A stretch of DNA of 64,000 nt from Dehalococcoidia bacterium (GCA_030610855.1 JAUWQY010000001.1:1628-65627); one strand, 5' to 3'. Positions 8,425 through 19,037 are shown, counted from the first letter of the stretch. Notes: generated by a model from the letters alone, not told the origin. Translations and numbers: made by a program.

Positions 8425-9612
8425 ATGAAGAGAATATCCCGCACGTCCCCGTCCAAAATAGTGTTTCTGGTCATGGATGGGGTGGGCGGCCTGCCTCATC
8501 CTACAACCGGCAAGACAGAACTGGAGTCAGCCAGGAAGCCCAACCTGGATCACATAGCCAGGGACTCCCTTTGCGGGCTCATTGACCCGGTTGGCCCGGG
8601 AATCACGCCGGGGAGTACGCCGGGACACCTGGCGCTTTTCGGCTATGACCCTGTCAAATATGATGTCGGGCGGGGAATCGTGGAAGCCCTGGGAATAGAC
8701 CTGCAATTAAGACCAGACGATATCGCGGCCAGAGGTAATTTCTGCACCGTTGATGACAGGGGAATCATTGCCGACAGGCGAGCAGGGCGGATTTCTACAG
8801 CAAGAAATGCCGAGTTATGCCGCTTATTGAACGATATAGCCATAAACGGAGCTGACATTTCCGTGATCCCTGTGAAAGAACACAGATTTGTTCTCATCCT
8901 CCGAGGCGAAGCTCTATCTCCTGAGCTGGCCGATTCTGACCCCCAGCAAGCAGGGCTCGCCCCCAAGAAGATAGAGGCGTTGTCGCCAGGGGCAGAGAGA
9001 ACAGCGGAAATTGCCAACCAATTCGTGTCTCAAGCAGGCAGCCGATTGAAGAACGAAGCGTCTGCCAATATGGTGCTTCTGCGTGGCTTCTCGCGTCGCC
9101 CTGACATTCTCTCAATACCCGAGATTTACAAGCTAAAGCCGGCAGCCATCGCCGCATATCCTATGTATCGAGGCCTGGCCAGGCTTGTGGGAATGGAGGT
9201 GTTGCCCACTGGAGAAAGCATAGAAGGCCAGATGGAGAGCTTGTGTCAGCATTATGGCGACTACGATTTCTTCTTCATCCATTTTAAGAGCACCGACTCC
9301 AGAGGGGAGGACGGTAACTTCGAGGCCAAAGTGCAGGCCATCGAGGAACTCGACAGTGCGCTCGCCAGCCTGCTCAGGTTGGACCCGGAGGTCCTGATTG
9401 TGACCGGAGACCACTCTACTCCAGCAACCTTAGCTATGCATAGCTGGCACCCGGTCCCCTTCATGCTGAAGTCCAGATGGTGTCGCCCGGATAATGTCGT
9501 TGAGTTCTCAGAACGAGCCTGTCTTGCTGGAGGCATGGGACGTTTCGCGGCTACCGAAATCATGCCTTTGGCTATGGCCAATGCCCTGAAACTGGATAAG
9601 TTTGGTGCCTAG
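8425..9612 (+). CDS. apgM: 2,3-bisphosphoglycerate-independent phosphoglycerate mutase, archaeal type
   Basis: KIVFLVMDGVGGLPHP...CGLIDPVGPGITPGSTPGHLALFGYDP matches ApgM N-termini. I chose the internal ATG at 8425 (MKRISRTSPSKIVFLV) as start. The track's 8104 start adds 107 non-homologous residues. Confidence 0.9.
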   Translation: MKRISRTSPSKIVFLVMDGVGGLPHPTTGKTELESARKPNLDHIARDSLCGLIDPVGPGITPGSTPGHLALFGYDPVKYDVGRGIVEALGIDLQLRPDDIAARGNFCTVDDRGIIADRRAGRISTARNAELCRLLNDIAINGADISVIPVKEHRFVLILRGEALSPELADSDPQQAGLAPKKIEALSPGAERTAEIANQFVSQAGSRLKNEASANMVLLRGFSRRPDILSIPEIYKLKPAAIAAYPMYRGLARLVGMEVLPTGESIEGQMESLCQHYGDYDFFFIHFKSTDSRGEDGNFEAKVQAIEELDSALASLLRLDPEVLIVTGDHSTPATLAMHSWHPVPFMLKSRWCRPDNVVEFSERACLAGGMGRFAATEIMPLAMANALKLDKFGA

Positions 9613-9660
9613 GGACAAGAAATACCGAGCACCAAATACGAGATGTTCGACAATATCAAA

Positions 9661-9688
9661 GTCCCGATGAATCTCGATGCATCGGGAC
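9661..9688. terminator. hairpin between convergent apgM and ftsK (9-bp stem GTCCCGATG/CATCGGGAC)
   Basis: Perfect inverted repeat, but no T-tract on either strand. Confidence 0.35.
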
Positions 9689-9788
9689 AAAGCAATCTCG
9701 AGAGTCAGGAATTCAGAGCATTGGACTGCTGCGCTTGCCCAGGATTCAGGATTCTGTAAGGCATTGTTCAGGAATTCGCGAGCCCGGT

Positions 9789-11987
9789 TTAGCTTTCGTG
9801 CTTTGGCTGAGCGGTTTCGGCAAGGCCGGCTTGCTCTAACGCTTCCATAAGGCGGGCAGCTCTGGGATAACCGATACGAAGACGGCGCTGCAGAAAAGAA
9901 GCAGAGATATGTTTATGTTCTTGCGCCAGGCGCATCGCCTCTTCCATAAGAGGGTCGGGGGCCGGAGTTATCCGTCCGCCAACCGGGCGCCCACCCACCT
10001 CGTCAAAATCGACGGAACTCACTTCAATCTGCCTCTGGTTACCCCAGAAATACACCAGTCTCTCGATTTCAGCATCGGAGACAAGATTGCCTTGGAGGCG
10101 TTTGGGCTTACCTGTCTCAGTAGGCATGTAGAGCATGTCTCCTCTACCTAGCAGTTTCTCGGCACCCACCAGGTCCAGGATAGTTCTCGAATCTACCTGA
10201 GAGGTAACGGCGAAGCTAATACGGGTAGGAAAGTTGGCTTTGATAAGCCCTGTAACCACATCCACTGAAGGTCGTTGTGTAGCTACAACCAGATGAATGC
10301 CCGTAGCCCGAGCCAATTGAGCCAATCTACAAAGCGTATGCTCAACTTCATCGAGGGCTGTCATCATCAGATCAGCCAACTCATCAATGATGAGGACCAG
10401 ATATGGCATCTGTTCGCCAGGCGAGCGGTCCTTGTTGTAGCCTTCGATATTGCGCACTCCCACCTGAGCAAACTGGCGATAGCGGCCGTCCATTTCATGG
10501 TTAAGCCATCGCAGAGCTTTTACCGCCTTGTCGGCATCGACGACCACAGGGGCAAGGAGATGAGGCATTCCGTTGAAAGTCACTAACTCCACCCTCTTGG
10601 GGTCGATCATGATGAACTTGACATCATCGGGACTGTTATGGAGAAGCAAGCAGCAAACAATAGAATTCAGACAAACAGTCTTGCCACTGCCGGTAGCTCC
10701 AGCGATAAGCAAGTGCGGCATCCTGGTCAGGTCTCCTGCCATCGCCTCACCACCAGCACCTTTCCCCAGGGCGATCGCCAGCTTCGAACGGGCTTGAATC
10801 TTCTGAAAGGCAGCGGTCTCTATCACACTGCGCAGAGCAACTGAGCCAAACACGGTGTTAGGAACCTCGATGCCCACCACCGGCTTTCCGGGCACAGGGG
10901 CTTCGATCCTGATGCTGGGGGCAGCCAGAGCCAAAGCTAAATCGCTGGCCAAAGACGTAATACGCTCTACCCTGACCCTGGTTCTCGATACTTCCTCCGT
11001 CCTCGTTTCATAGCTGCCGTCCCTCCCTCTCTCTCTTATCCCCTTGTATTTCTTGTCCCATCCGGGCTCAACACCAAACTGGGTCACAGCAGGGCCTATG
11101 TTTACCTGTACGACCCTGGCTTCTACACCATAGCTGGCCAGAGCTTCCTCTATCAATCGGGCTCGCTGGTCAATGTCCTCTTTGTCCAGTTTCACCTCCA
11201 CCGGTCTATCCAGAATGTCGATCGGTGGAAGCTGCCACCCCCCGGGGGTGAGAATTGGTTCGTATTGAGACCGCCAGGCGGGAGGAGTAGTCATCGGAGC
11301 AGGCTTTGCCTCGGCCTCACTGGTTGCCTCTGCCTCAGGGGAGACAACTCCCGGAGGGGCCGTATCAAAATGGGTGGGCTGAGAAGCAATAGTCCTAGGA
11401 CGAGGGCGAGCAACTCCGGCCAGGACACGCCAGCTCTTCTTGACGGCACCCCAAGACTGCCCGGGAATGACAAGCGCAATGCCTAGCAAAACCAGTCCGG
11501 CTACCCGAAGCCCTCCCACAGCACCAGGAGCGCCTATTATGCCTTGCCCGATTCTGCCTCCCAATGCGAAGAAAGCAAGGATTCCCCACACCGCCAACGC
11601 CAGGCTAATGCCCGCGAGAATCCAGTTCCACCAGACCTTGACAACGGAAGGCTGTCCGCGTCGTATCGTCCAGATGAGCAAGCCCAAGGCGATGGCTACT
11701 ATTATCAACCCCCAGCCAAATAGCGTGAACACCCGTTCCCATAACACGCACAGCAAGACCACCATCACGGCAACTAAGATGAGCCTTCGAACCGCCGGTG
11801 ACGCGATGGCGCTGGAGAATCGCTTCGATTTCGATGCTGGCCGGCGTTCCTTAGCTTTCCGCCTCGGCTTGGACCTGCTTCTTGCTTTCGACACGGAGTT
11901 ATGCCTCCTGCCTGGTTGGCTTCCGCTGGGCTTTCCCAACCTCCACAACAACAGGAATGATGACCGGACGGCGATGAATTCGTTCAT
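9789..11987 (-). CDS. ftsK: DNA translocase FtsK/SpoIIIE
   Basis: N-terminal TM region. Walker A GATGSGKTVCLN. C-terminal gamma domain (FLQRRLRIGYPRAARLMEALE). The exact start is uncertain because it overlaps the rnj 3' end. Confidence 0.9.
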   Translation of the reverse strand: MNEFIAVRSSFLLLWRLGKPSGSQPGRRHNSVSKARSRSKPRRKAKERRPASKSKRFSSAIASPAVRRLILVAVMVVLLCVLWERVFTLFGWGLIIVAIALGLLIWTIRRGQPSVVKVWWNWILAGISLALAVWGILAFFALGGRIGQGIIGAPGAVGGLRVAGLVLLGIALVIPGQSWGAVKKSWRVLAGVARPRPRTIASQPTHFDTAPPGVVSPEAEATSEAEAKPAPMTTPPAWRSQYEPILTPGGWQLPPIDILDRPVEVKLDKEDIDQRARLIEEALASYGVEARVVQVNIGPAVTQFGVEPGWDKKYKGIRERGRDGSYETRTEEVSRTRVRVERITSLASDLALALAAPSIRIEAPVPGKPVVGIEVPNTVFGSVALRSVIETAAFQKIQARSKLAIALGKGAGGEAMAGDLTRMPHLLIAGATGSGKTVCLNSIVCCLLLHNSPDDVKFIMIDPKRVELVTFNGMPHLLAPVVVDADKAVKALRWLNHEMDGRYRQFAQVGVRNIEGYNKDRSPGEQMPYLVLIIDELADLMMTALDEVEHTLCRLAQLARATGIHLVVATQRPSVDVVTGLIKANFPTRISFAVTSQVDSRTILDLVGAEKLLGRGDMLYMPTETGKPKRLQGNLVSDAEIERLVYFWGNQRQIEVSSVDFDEVGGRPVGGRITPAPDPLMEEAMRLAQEHKHISASFLQRRLRIGYPRAARLMEALEQAGLAETAQPKHES

Positions 11988-13596
11988 GGAAGAATCTGCC
12001 CAGGGAGTCCTTCACTACGGTATCAACGAAACCCGGTTCACTGAGGCGTCTTCTATCATGATCCAAAGCAGCTAACAGCACATCCTGGCTTTTCTCAAGC
12101 AATCTCTGTTCTTCCCCGGCATCAACAAAGCCCAGTGTTATGATGCGCGGCCTTCCGGCTAACTTGCCGTTCTCAGCATCAATAGCAATGGTCACCACGG
12201 CGAGGCCGTCCCGCGCAAGCAGTTTGCGGTCCCGAAGCACGACGTCATCCAGTGTGCCCGTCGTCAGACCGTCTAGATAGATAACGCCGGCATGGGTCCT
12301 GGCAACTACCTTGCCTGAATCCCGCCCCAGCTCAAGCACATCACCGTTCTCAAGGACAAAGATGTTATCCCTGGGTATGCCCATGCTTTGAGCCAGATCC
12401 GCGTGCAAGCTCAAGTGGCGATACTCGCCGTGAACAGGAACAAAGAATTTAGGCTTGACCAAGCTGAGCAAGAGCTTCAGCTCCTCCCGACTGCCATGCC
12501 CGTGAACATGAACCTGGGCTAGCTTGTCATAAATCACCCTGGCCCCTTGACGGAATAGGCTGTCCGTGGTCTTGCTGACCAAAGCTTCATTACCAGGAAT
12601 GGGAGTTGCTGAAATCACCACGGTATCGCCAGGGATTATCTGAACCTGGCTGCGAGGGTCCCGATTAGCCATACGCACCAGGGCGGAGGTGGGCTCACCC
12701 TGACTTCCCGTGCTCAATACTATGACTCGGTGGTGAGGCAGGTCTCTAAGCTCGTCCAGACGACATAGAACACCGGCAGGGGCCGCAAGATAGCCCGTTT
12801 TCAACGCCATGTTCACTATCTCCTTCATGCTCCGACCAGTGATGAATACACGGCGATCGCGTTTGACAGCAACGTCAAGCACTTGCTGAATGCGAGATAC
12901 AAGAGAGGCAAAGGTAGTTACGATCACCCTCCCCTTTGCCTCGCTGATAATCCGATCCAGAGTATCCCTGACCACGCTCTCAGAGGGAGTATATCCATCG
13001 AGCTCAACATAGGTGGAGTCGGAAAGGAGAAGTAAGACATCTCTTCCTCCCAGCGCCGCTAATTGGCTGAAGTTAGTAGGTTCGCCAACCACCGGCGTAT
13101 AATCGATTTTGAAGTCGCCGCTGTGCACTACAATGCCCTGAGGAGTATGAATTATCAGCCCTACCGAGTCAGGAATACTATGACAAACAGAGAACATCTC
13201 TATGGTGAAACTGCCTAGTGCGACCTTGCTCCCCGGGGTGACCACATTCAGCCTTGCGCTAGCTTTCACCCCCCGCTGCTTGAGGTCCACGGCAATTAGC
13301 TCTCGAGTGAACCTGGTACTATAGACGGGCAGCGTAAGACGAGATAACATGTAAGACAGCGCTCCAATGTGGTCTTCGTGTCCATGGGTAATCACTACCC
13401 CCCGCAGATTCTGCTGTCTCTCCAGAAGATAGCTGATATCTGGAAAAAGTAAGTCAACCCCCGGCATCTCCTCGCCGGGGAACATAAGCCCGGCGTCAAT
13501 GACAATGATGTCATTGCCATATTCCAATACCATCATGTTCTTACCGATTTCACCCAATCCACCCAGAGGGATGACTCTCAATTTATGTTTCGGCAT
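11899..13596 (-). CDS. rnj: ribonuclease J (metallo-beta-lactamase/beta-CASP)
   Basis: HGHEDHIG motif. Full-length 565-aa RNase J architecture. Confidence 0.9.
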   Translation of the reverse strand: MPKHKLRVIPLGGLGEIGKNMMVLEYGNDIIVIDAGLMFPGEEMPGVDLLFPDISYLLERQQNLRGVVITHGHEDHIGALSYMLSRLTLPVYSTRFTRELIAVDLKQRGVKASARLNVVTPGSKVALGSFTIEMFSVCHSIPDSVGLIIHTPQGIVVHSGDFKIDYTPVVGEPTNFSQLAALGGRDVLLLLSDSTYVELDGYTPSESVVRDTLDRIISEAKGRVIVTTFASLVSRIQQVLDVAVKRDRRVFITGRSMKEIVNMALKTGYLAAPAGVLCRLDELRDLPHHRVIVLSTGSQGEPTSALVRMANRDPRSQVQIIPGDTVVISATPIPGNEALVSKTTDSLFRQGARVIYDKLAQVHVHGHGSREELKLLLSLVKPKFFVPVHGEYRHLSLHADLAQSMGIPRDNIFVLENGDVLELGRDSGKVVARTHAGVIYLDGLTTGTLDDVVLRDRKLLARDGLAVVTIAIDAENGKLAGRPRIITLGFVDAGEEQRLLEKSQDVLLAALDHDRRRLSEPGFVDTVVKDSLGRFFHERIHRRPVIIPVVVEVGKAQRKPTRQEA

Positions 13597-13631
13597 GGTC
13601 TTCTTCCCTTCATGTCATTCGAGGCATGATT

Positions 13632-14228
13632 CTAGAACAAGCTTAATTGGCGATCGTCAGATACATTTCGAGGCAGTTCTTTACACTGAGCCAGTATCTG
13701 CGGAATCCTCAGCATATCCATTTCAATGGTCCGGCGCAGAGAGCCTTGATGAAGCGCTGCCGCAGGATGATACATTGGGTAGTATATGACACCGTCCACC
13801 TGTCGGGGCTTGCCGTGAATCTTACCTATGCTTTCAGCGGGGAAATACCGGGAGAGAGAGTGGCGCCCCAAAGTGACAATCATGCCGGGCTGAATGAGAT
13901 CTATCTGACGATCGAGCCATTTACGACACGCCTGTATCTCCGCCGGTAGTGGTTCACGATTCTGAGGAGGACGGCACTTAATCACGTTAGCAATGTAAAC
14001 TTCCTCCCGCCGTAAGCCAACTGAAGCTAGCAACTGGTCCAAAAACTGCCCGGCCGGTCCGACAAAAGGACGTCCCTGCTGGTCTTCGTGCCACCCCGGC
14101 GCCTCACCAATAAAAAACAAGTCCGCGTCTTCAGCCCCCTCACCGGGCACCGCCTTGGTGCGACCCCTAGCTAGATCACAATCCCGGCAAGCTACAATCC
14201 CCTCATAAAGCTGGGCCAGAGCTGACAT
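13632..14228 (-). CDS. uracil-DNA glycosylase, family 4 (4Fe-4S)
   Basis: CRDC...FIGEAPGWHEDQQGRPFVGPAG motif characteristic of family-4 UDG. Confidence 0.85.
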   Translation of the reverse strand: MSALAQLYEGIVACRDCDLARGRTKAVPGEGAEDADLFFIGEAPGWHEDQQGRPFVGPAGQFLDQLLASVGLRREEVYIANVIKCRPPQNREPLPAEIQACRKWLDRQIDLIQPGMIVTLGRHSLSRYFPAESIGKIHGKPRQVDGVIYYPMYHPAAALHQGSLRRTIEMDMLRIPQILAQCKELPRNVSDDRQLSLF

Positions 14229-14298
14229 CTAATCCGATGGTAGCATATCTACCTACGTTGGTCAATTTGGACTGATACGAAAGCGGAGGCTGCCCCAC

Positions 14299-15096
14299 TC
14301 ACTCATCCTCATCCTCGTCCTCATCCTGTTCCCAAATAGGCTCCGTAAACTGGTCGATGAATTCAGCCGTAACCCTCTTCGCTATCCTGTCCATTTCCTC
14401 GTCCACCTGCTCTGCCAGACCGCCAAGCTCAGACAAGTCAAGCGCAATTCCTAGCATTTTGGTCAGGATGCCAAGCACGGCCAGGGAGGCCTTGGGGTTT
14501 GCAATCTGCGTGGCATATGCTGGCACTTCACCCAGCAGGCAAATGCCCTGCATTCCCCTCTCTTTAGCCATTCCCAATATCAGCCCATTCAACCCGGCGA
14601 TGCGAAGGTCGCCTCTGAGAATCACATTGTATTTGCTTAGTTCATCAATCAGGTCAGGATCTGTAGCCACCCCCCAAACCTTCATTTCTTCACTATGGTG
14701 GACGCGCGTCACCGCAGCAGCGCAGCTGTATATTCTCTCCACTTTGAGCTTTTGCGCTACGTCCAGGACGCAGTTGACCAGTTCATATCCTTTGAAAACA
14801 GGCTGCTCCTCACCAATGAAGACCACCAAGCCCCTGCCCGCTCTTTTGGGCCGCCAATAATAGAACTTGCTCTCAGGAAAACGAGGGCTTTCAACCACAT
14901 TGTCCTTCACTGTCACACCCACCGGTTCAAAGAAACTGACGGGATCAATCTCGCCTATTTCTACGGCATTTAGCTTCTCAACAAGATACTTCGCTGCTGT
15001 CAGAGAAACATCGCCAATGCCAGGCCAGGAGGCAAGCATGAAGCAACTCTTAGGACTTGGCCGTTTGTAGAGCGTCACTGCGTCTTTCATATACAT
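14299..15096 (-). CDS. PAC2-family (proteasome-assembly-chaperone-like) protein with poly-acidic C-terminus
   Basis: About 265 aa. LASWPGIGDV...LVVFIGEEQP pattern reminiscent of the PAC2 family. Ends DEDEDEDE. Start set at MYMKD (15096); the track's start at 15165 would overlap pmbA by 67 nt. Confidence 0.6.
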   Translation of the reverse strand: MYMKDAVTLYKRPSPKSCFMLASWPGIGDVSLTAAKYLVEKLNAVEIGEIDPVSFFEPVGVTVKDNVVESPRFPESKFYYWRPKRAGRGLVVFIGEEQPVFKGYELVNCVLDVAQKLKVERIYSCAAAVTRVHHSEEMKVWGVATDPDLIDELSKYNVILRGDLRIAGLNGLILGMAKERGMQGICLLGEVPAYATQIANPKASLAVLGILTKMLGIALDLSELGGLAEQVDEEMDRIAKRVTAEFIDQFTEPIWEQDEDEDEDE

Positions 15097-15097
15097 C

Positions 15098-16426
15098 CTA
15101 GCTTCCCTTTGTCGACACTGATACACGAGGGCAACATAAGTGAGGAGTCTGCAGATTCCCGTCAACCCATCTTGCTTTCTGCCCTATGCCAAGAAGCTCT
15201 TCTAATACTCGATATACGTTGCCAGCAATCATAGTGTCCTTAACCCTCCCTACTATCTCCCCATTCTCTACCTTGTATCCCAGCACAACGTTGCCGCCGA
15301 AATCACCGCCCAGAAGATTACCCTGCTCAGCACCGATAACGTACTCCACAATCAACCCTTCTTTCATATCCTCCACCATGGACTCGAAAGAGACGTCCCC
15401 TTCGCTTAAGATGAGAGAGCTTACGCCCGGTACGGGAATACTGCCGCTCGCTCGCCTGCCACTGCCCGTGCTCCGAGTGCCCGCCAAAGCTGCTGTCTGC
15501 AAATCATAGAAGAAATCTGTCACGACTCCGTTTGTGACAAGCGGCAGACGTTGACCCGGCACCCCCTCATCATCAAAAGGACAACTCCGCACTCCGTATT
15601 CTACGGTAGCATCATCCCATAGGCTCAGCCCTTTGTCAAAAACCTGCTGCCCCAGTTTGCCCATCAACGGAGAAGCTCCTTCAAAGACTGTTTTGCCATT
15701 AAGGGCCAGCACTATGGGCGATAACAGGACGCTGGCCACTCCAAGAGGGGTGAAGATCACGGGCAGCACCCCGGCGGACAGGGCAGCCCCCCCTTTAGCC
15801 ATCTCCAGTTGCCCTATCACCCTGTCAGCCAGGCCATCAACGCTGCCAAGCGGACGACAGGAGCTTTCGCTGTCACCCACAAACAGCATATCTGTGTCCT
15901 CAACAAGTATGCCTTCCAGGCTAAGGCTGAAGAAGCTCTTGTCATACGTTCCTTCACCGCCCTGGGAGTTCATTATGGAGACGGAGGTTGTCCCCTTGGT
16001 CACTTCAACATCGCAGAGGATAGCGGCAGTATGGCCTGTAATCTTAGCTATAAGCTCCTTGCCGGCCTCAACCATGATCTCCATGGCGATCTCCGGTACT
16101 CTGGAATCGAAGACACGCACTCCCGGGTAGTCCTGGTAAGACGGGAATTGAAAATCAGCCGGACCGCCAAAGCGAGACGTCTCCACAGCCATGTCAACCA
16201 GAGCTTCCAATCCACCCCCGCCACTAGCTGTAGCAAAGCCAATTCTGCCTGCCCGGAAAATCCGCAGGGCGATACTGCTGCGCTCCTTGGTCTGGACTTG
16301 TTTTAGTTCATTGGCTTCAAACTGTATCTGCGTTGAGCGAGAAGAAAGCAAGAAGACTTCAGCTTGCTCAGCCACCCTCTGGGCGGAGCGAAGAACCTGC
16401 AGCATGTGCTCCTTCTCAAATCCCAT
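15098..16426 (-). CDS. pmbA: TldD/PmbA-family metallopeptidase, PmbA/TldE-type (no HExxxH)
   Basis: 442 aa. Family-typical Gly-rich C-terminal half (GGDFGGNVVLGYKVENGEIVG). Confidence 0.85.
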   Translation of the reverse strand: MGFEKEHMLQVLRSAQRVAEQAEVFLLSSRSTQIQFEANELKQVQTKERSSIALRIFRAGRIGFATASGGGGLEALVDMAVETSRFGGPADFQFPSYQDYPGVRVFDSRVPEIAMEIMVEAGKELIAKITGHTAAILCDVEVTKGTTSVSIMNSQGGEGTYDKSFFSLSLEGILVEDTDMLFVGDSESSCRPLGSVDGLADRVIGQLEMAKGGAALSAGVLPVIFTPLGVASVLLSPIVLALNGKTVFEGASPLMGKLGQQVFDKGLSLWDDATVEYGVRSCPFDDEGVPGQRLPLVTNGVVTDFFYDLQTAALAGTRSTGSGRRASGSIPVPGVSSLILSEGDVSFESMVEDMKEGLIVEYVIGAEQGNLLGGDFGGNVVLGYKVENGEIVGRVKDTMIAGNVYRVLEELLGIGQKARWVDGNLQTPHLCCPRVSVSTKGS

Positions 16427-16889
16427 GTTCCACTACCTGAACAACATCAAAACTCAAAGATGAGGAAGCAAGATCACTGCTTCAAGTGCAGAACCACTTC
16501 ATTCTCTTCTCTTCAGAGACAGCCCGTTCGTGCATCTTCAGGTCCTGCCCTGCAGCTTTGTCTCCAATACCGACTGAGTCCCCGTCTCGGCTGTTGCCAT
16601 AACGACCTCTCTGAGACAGACCATTTTAGACTGTCGATAGCCGCTTTTCAAGTTATCGCCCTCGTTCAGTACCTTGGCGACACCTCTCTAGTGTCATCGC
16701 GAGGAAGCCCGATGAATCGGGGAGATGAAGAGATTTCGAAGCGAGGTTTCTCATTCCAACTATGGCAGGCTCCGGCTTCGTGATGGGATTGCCACGCCCC
16801 CACGCGTCGGGCCTCGCAATGACGGGCAAGGTTATGTCAGGCTCCATGTAGCTGACTCTGATTTGCGTTGCTACTGCTATTTCAGTATT

Positions 16890-19037
16890 ATGAATTCGAT
16901 GGAAGTCAGTGCGCTCATAGAACAGGTCAGCACTTACCTGCCTGATGACGAAGTAGCTGTCATCAAGGCAGCTTATGAATTCGCTTCTCGGGCTCACGAA
17001 GGACAGGTGCGCAAGACAGGGGAGCCGTATTTAGAACATCCCTTGAATACCGCCATGTCGTTGGTTGACTTTCACCTTGATGCTGACACCATAGCTGCTG
17101 CCTTACTGCATGATGTTCCCGAGGATTGTGGCGTGCCGTTGGAAGAAATCGAAGCCAGGTTTGGCTCACAAGTAGCAAAACTGGTAGACGGAGTCACGAA
17201 ACTGAACAAACTCTCACGTCGATCTCGAACGGGAGACACAAAGTCGACAGTCCAGGCCGAAAGCTTACGCAAAATGCTCCTGGCTACCGCTGAAGACCTG
17301 CGAGTGGTTATTATCAAACTGTCAGACAGGTTGCATAACATGCGCACGCTGGGGGCTTTACCCCCGGACAAACGGCGTGCCATTGCCCAAGAGACCCTGG
17401 AGATATATGCTCCGCTAGCGCACCGTTTAGGTGTGGCACAGGTCAAATGGCAATTAGAGGATCTAGCCTTTCGCTACCTGGAGCCGCGCTCATACCATCG
17501 AATTGCCCGCTTAGTAGCAGGGAAGAGAGCCGAGAGGGAAGCCTTCGTAGCCGAGGTCAGTCAGAAACTGTGCCAGGAATTGGATAAAGCAGGCATCAAG
17601 GCTAAGGTTTCCGGCCGGCCGAAACATATTTACAGCATATATAGAAAGATGGGCAAGTATGATGCGCAGGGCAAGGAATTCAGTGATATCCATGACCTTT
17701 CCGCGTTGCGTGTGTTAGTAGACTCAGTTTCAGATTGTTACAAGGCACTGGGGGCAGTCCACAATTGCTGGCGTCCTGTGCCCGAGGAGTTCGACGACTT
17801 CATCGCCAACCCCAAGAGCAATGGCTATCAGGCCTTGCATACTACGGTGATGTGCCAGGGTACGACACCGCTGGAAATACAAATTCGAACCCATGATATG
17901 CATCGCATCAGCGAATATGGCGTGGCTGCTCATTGGCTCTACAAAGAGGGGAAGGCAGGCAAGCATTCTGTAGAGGAGACGGCTTGGCTGAGGCAATTTG
18001 GTGATTGGAGGGAAGAACTTGAAAGCGAGGATTTCCTGGAGTCTATTAAGACCGACGTTCTTGTGGAGCGAGTATTCGTCTATACCCCCAAAGGGGAGAT
18101 AAAAGAGTTGCCCAGAGGTGCCACTCCTCTCGATCTCGCTTTCCGGGTTCATACGGACCTGGGCTACAGATGTATTGGCGCGAAGGTGAACGGAAGGCTT
18201 GAACCACTGAACTATGTTCTTAAGAACGGCGATGTGGTGGAGATTATGGCCAGCAAAGCAGATAGAGGCCCCAGCCTGGACTGGCTTAACCCTGAGGCTG
18301 GCTATGTTAAGACGTCTCATGCGCGAAGCAAGGTGCGTCAATGGTTCAGAAAGCAAGAACGAGGTCAGTGTATTGAAGCCGGCAGGCAGATTTGGGATAA
18401 GGAACTTAAGAAGCTATTCGCCGGTTCGATCAGTATTGAGGAAGTAGCGCATCTACTTGACTATGTCGACGCAGATGACCTTCTTGCTGCGCTGGGCAGC
18501 GGTAGCGTCAGTGTTTCTCAGATAGCCCTCAAACTTAGTGGAGACCTGGAGCCAGTGGGAGAGGGGGTTACAGTTCTGCCTCCGCGGAAGGTTCGCCCAG
18601 TGAGTATCAACGTATTGGGTGTCGGTGACTTGCTTACTCGTTTAGCTGATTGCTGTCATCCTCTGCCTGGGGATAAGATTATTGGCTACATTACTCACGG
18701 CCGGGGCATTACCGTACACCGCAGAGATTGCCTCAATATTATCAACGAAGACGACAAGGAAAGATTGATCAAGGTGGAATGGGGTGAAGTGGCACAGGTT
18801 TATCCTGTGATGATTCAGGTTGATGCCTGGGACAGAGTTGGTCTTGTCAGGGATATTAGTGCTATCATAGCGGAGGAAAGGGTGAACCTGACCGAGTTAA
18901 GCTCCGTGAGTCACCTCGATGATAGCGTCTCATTGCATGTTACGTTGGAGGTGAAAAACGGCGTCCAGTTGAGTAAAATAATATCCAGGATCTATACCAT
19001 CTGGAACGTAGTAAGCGTGATGAGAAAGGGGGCATAA
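16890..19037 (+). CDS. relA: bifunctional (p)ppGpp synthetase/hydrolase RelA/SpoT
   Basis: HD domain (LLHDVPED), synthetase domain, TGS and C-terminal ACT. I chose the ATG at 16890 (MNSMEVSALIEQ) as start. Confidence 0.9.
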   Translation: MNSMEVSALIEQVSTYLPDDEVAVIKAAYEFASRAHEGQVRKTGEPYLEHPLNTAMSLVDFHLDADTIAAALLHDVPEDCGVPLEEIEARFGSQVAKLVDGVTKLNKLSRRSRTGDTKSTVQAESLRKMLLATAEDLRVVIIKLSDRLHNMRTLGALPPDKRRAIAQETLEIYAPLAHRLGVAQVKWQLEDLAFRYLEPRSYHRIARLVAGKRAEREAFVAEVSQKLCQELDKAGIKAKVSGRPKHIYSIYRKMGKYDAQGKEFSDIHDLSALRVLVDSVSDCYKALGAVHNCWRPVPEEFDDFIANPKSNGYQALHTTVMCQGTTPLEIQIRTHDMHRISEYGVAAHWLYKEGKAGKHSVEETAWLRQFGDWREELESEDFLESIKTDVLVERVFVYTPKGEIKELPRGATPLDLAFRVHTDLGYRCIGAKVNGRLEPLNYVLKNGDVVEIMASKADRGPSLDWLNPEAGYVKTSHARSKVRQWFRKQERGQCIEAGRQIWDKELKKLFAGSISIEEVAHLLDYVDADDLLAALGSGSVSVSQIALKLSGDLEPVGEGVTVLPPRKVRPVSINVLGVGDLLTRLADCCHPLPGDKIIGYITHGRGITVHRRDCLNIINEDDKERLIKVEWGEVAQVYPVMIQVDAWDRVGLVRDISAIIAEERVNLTELSSVSHLDDSVSLHVTLEVKNGVQLSKIISRIYTIWNVVSVMRKGA

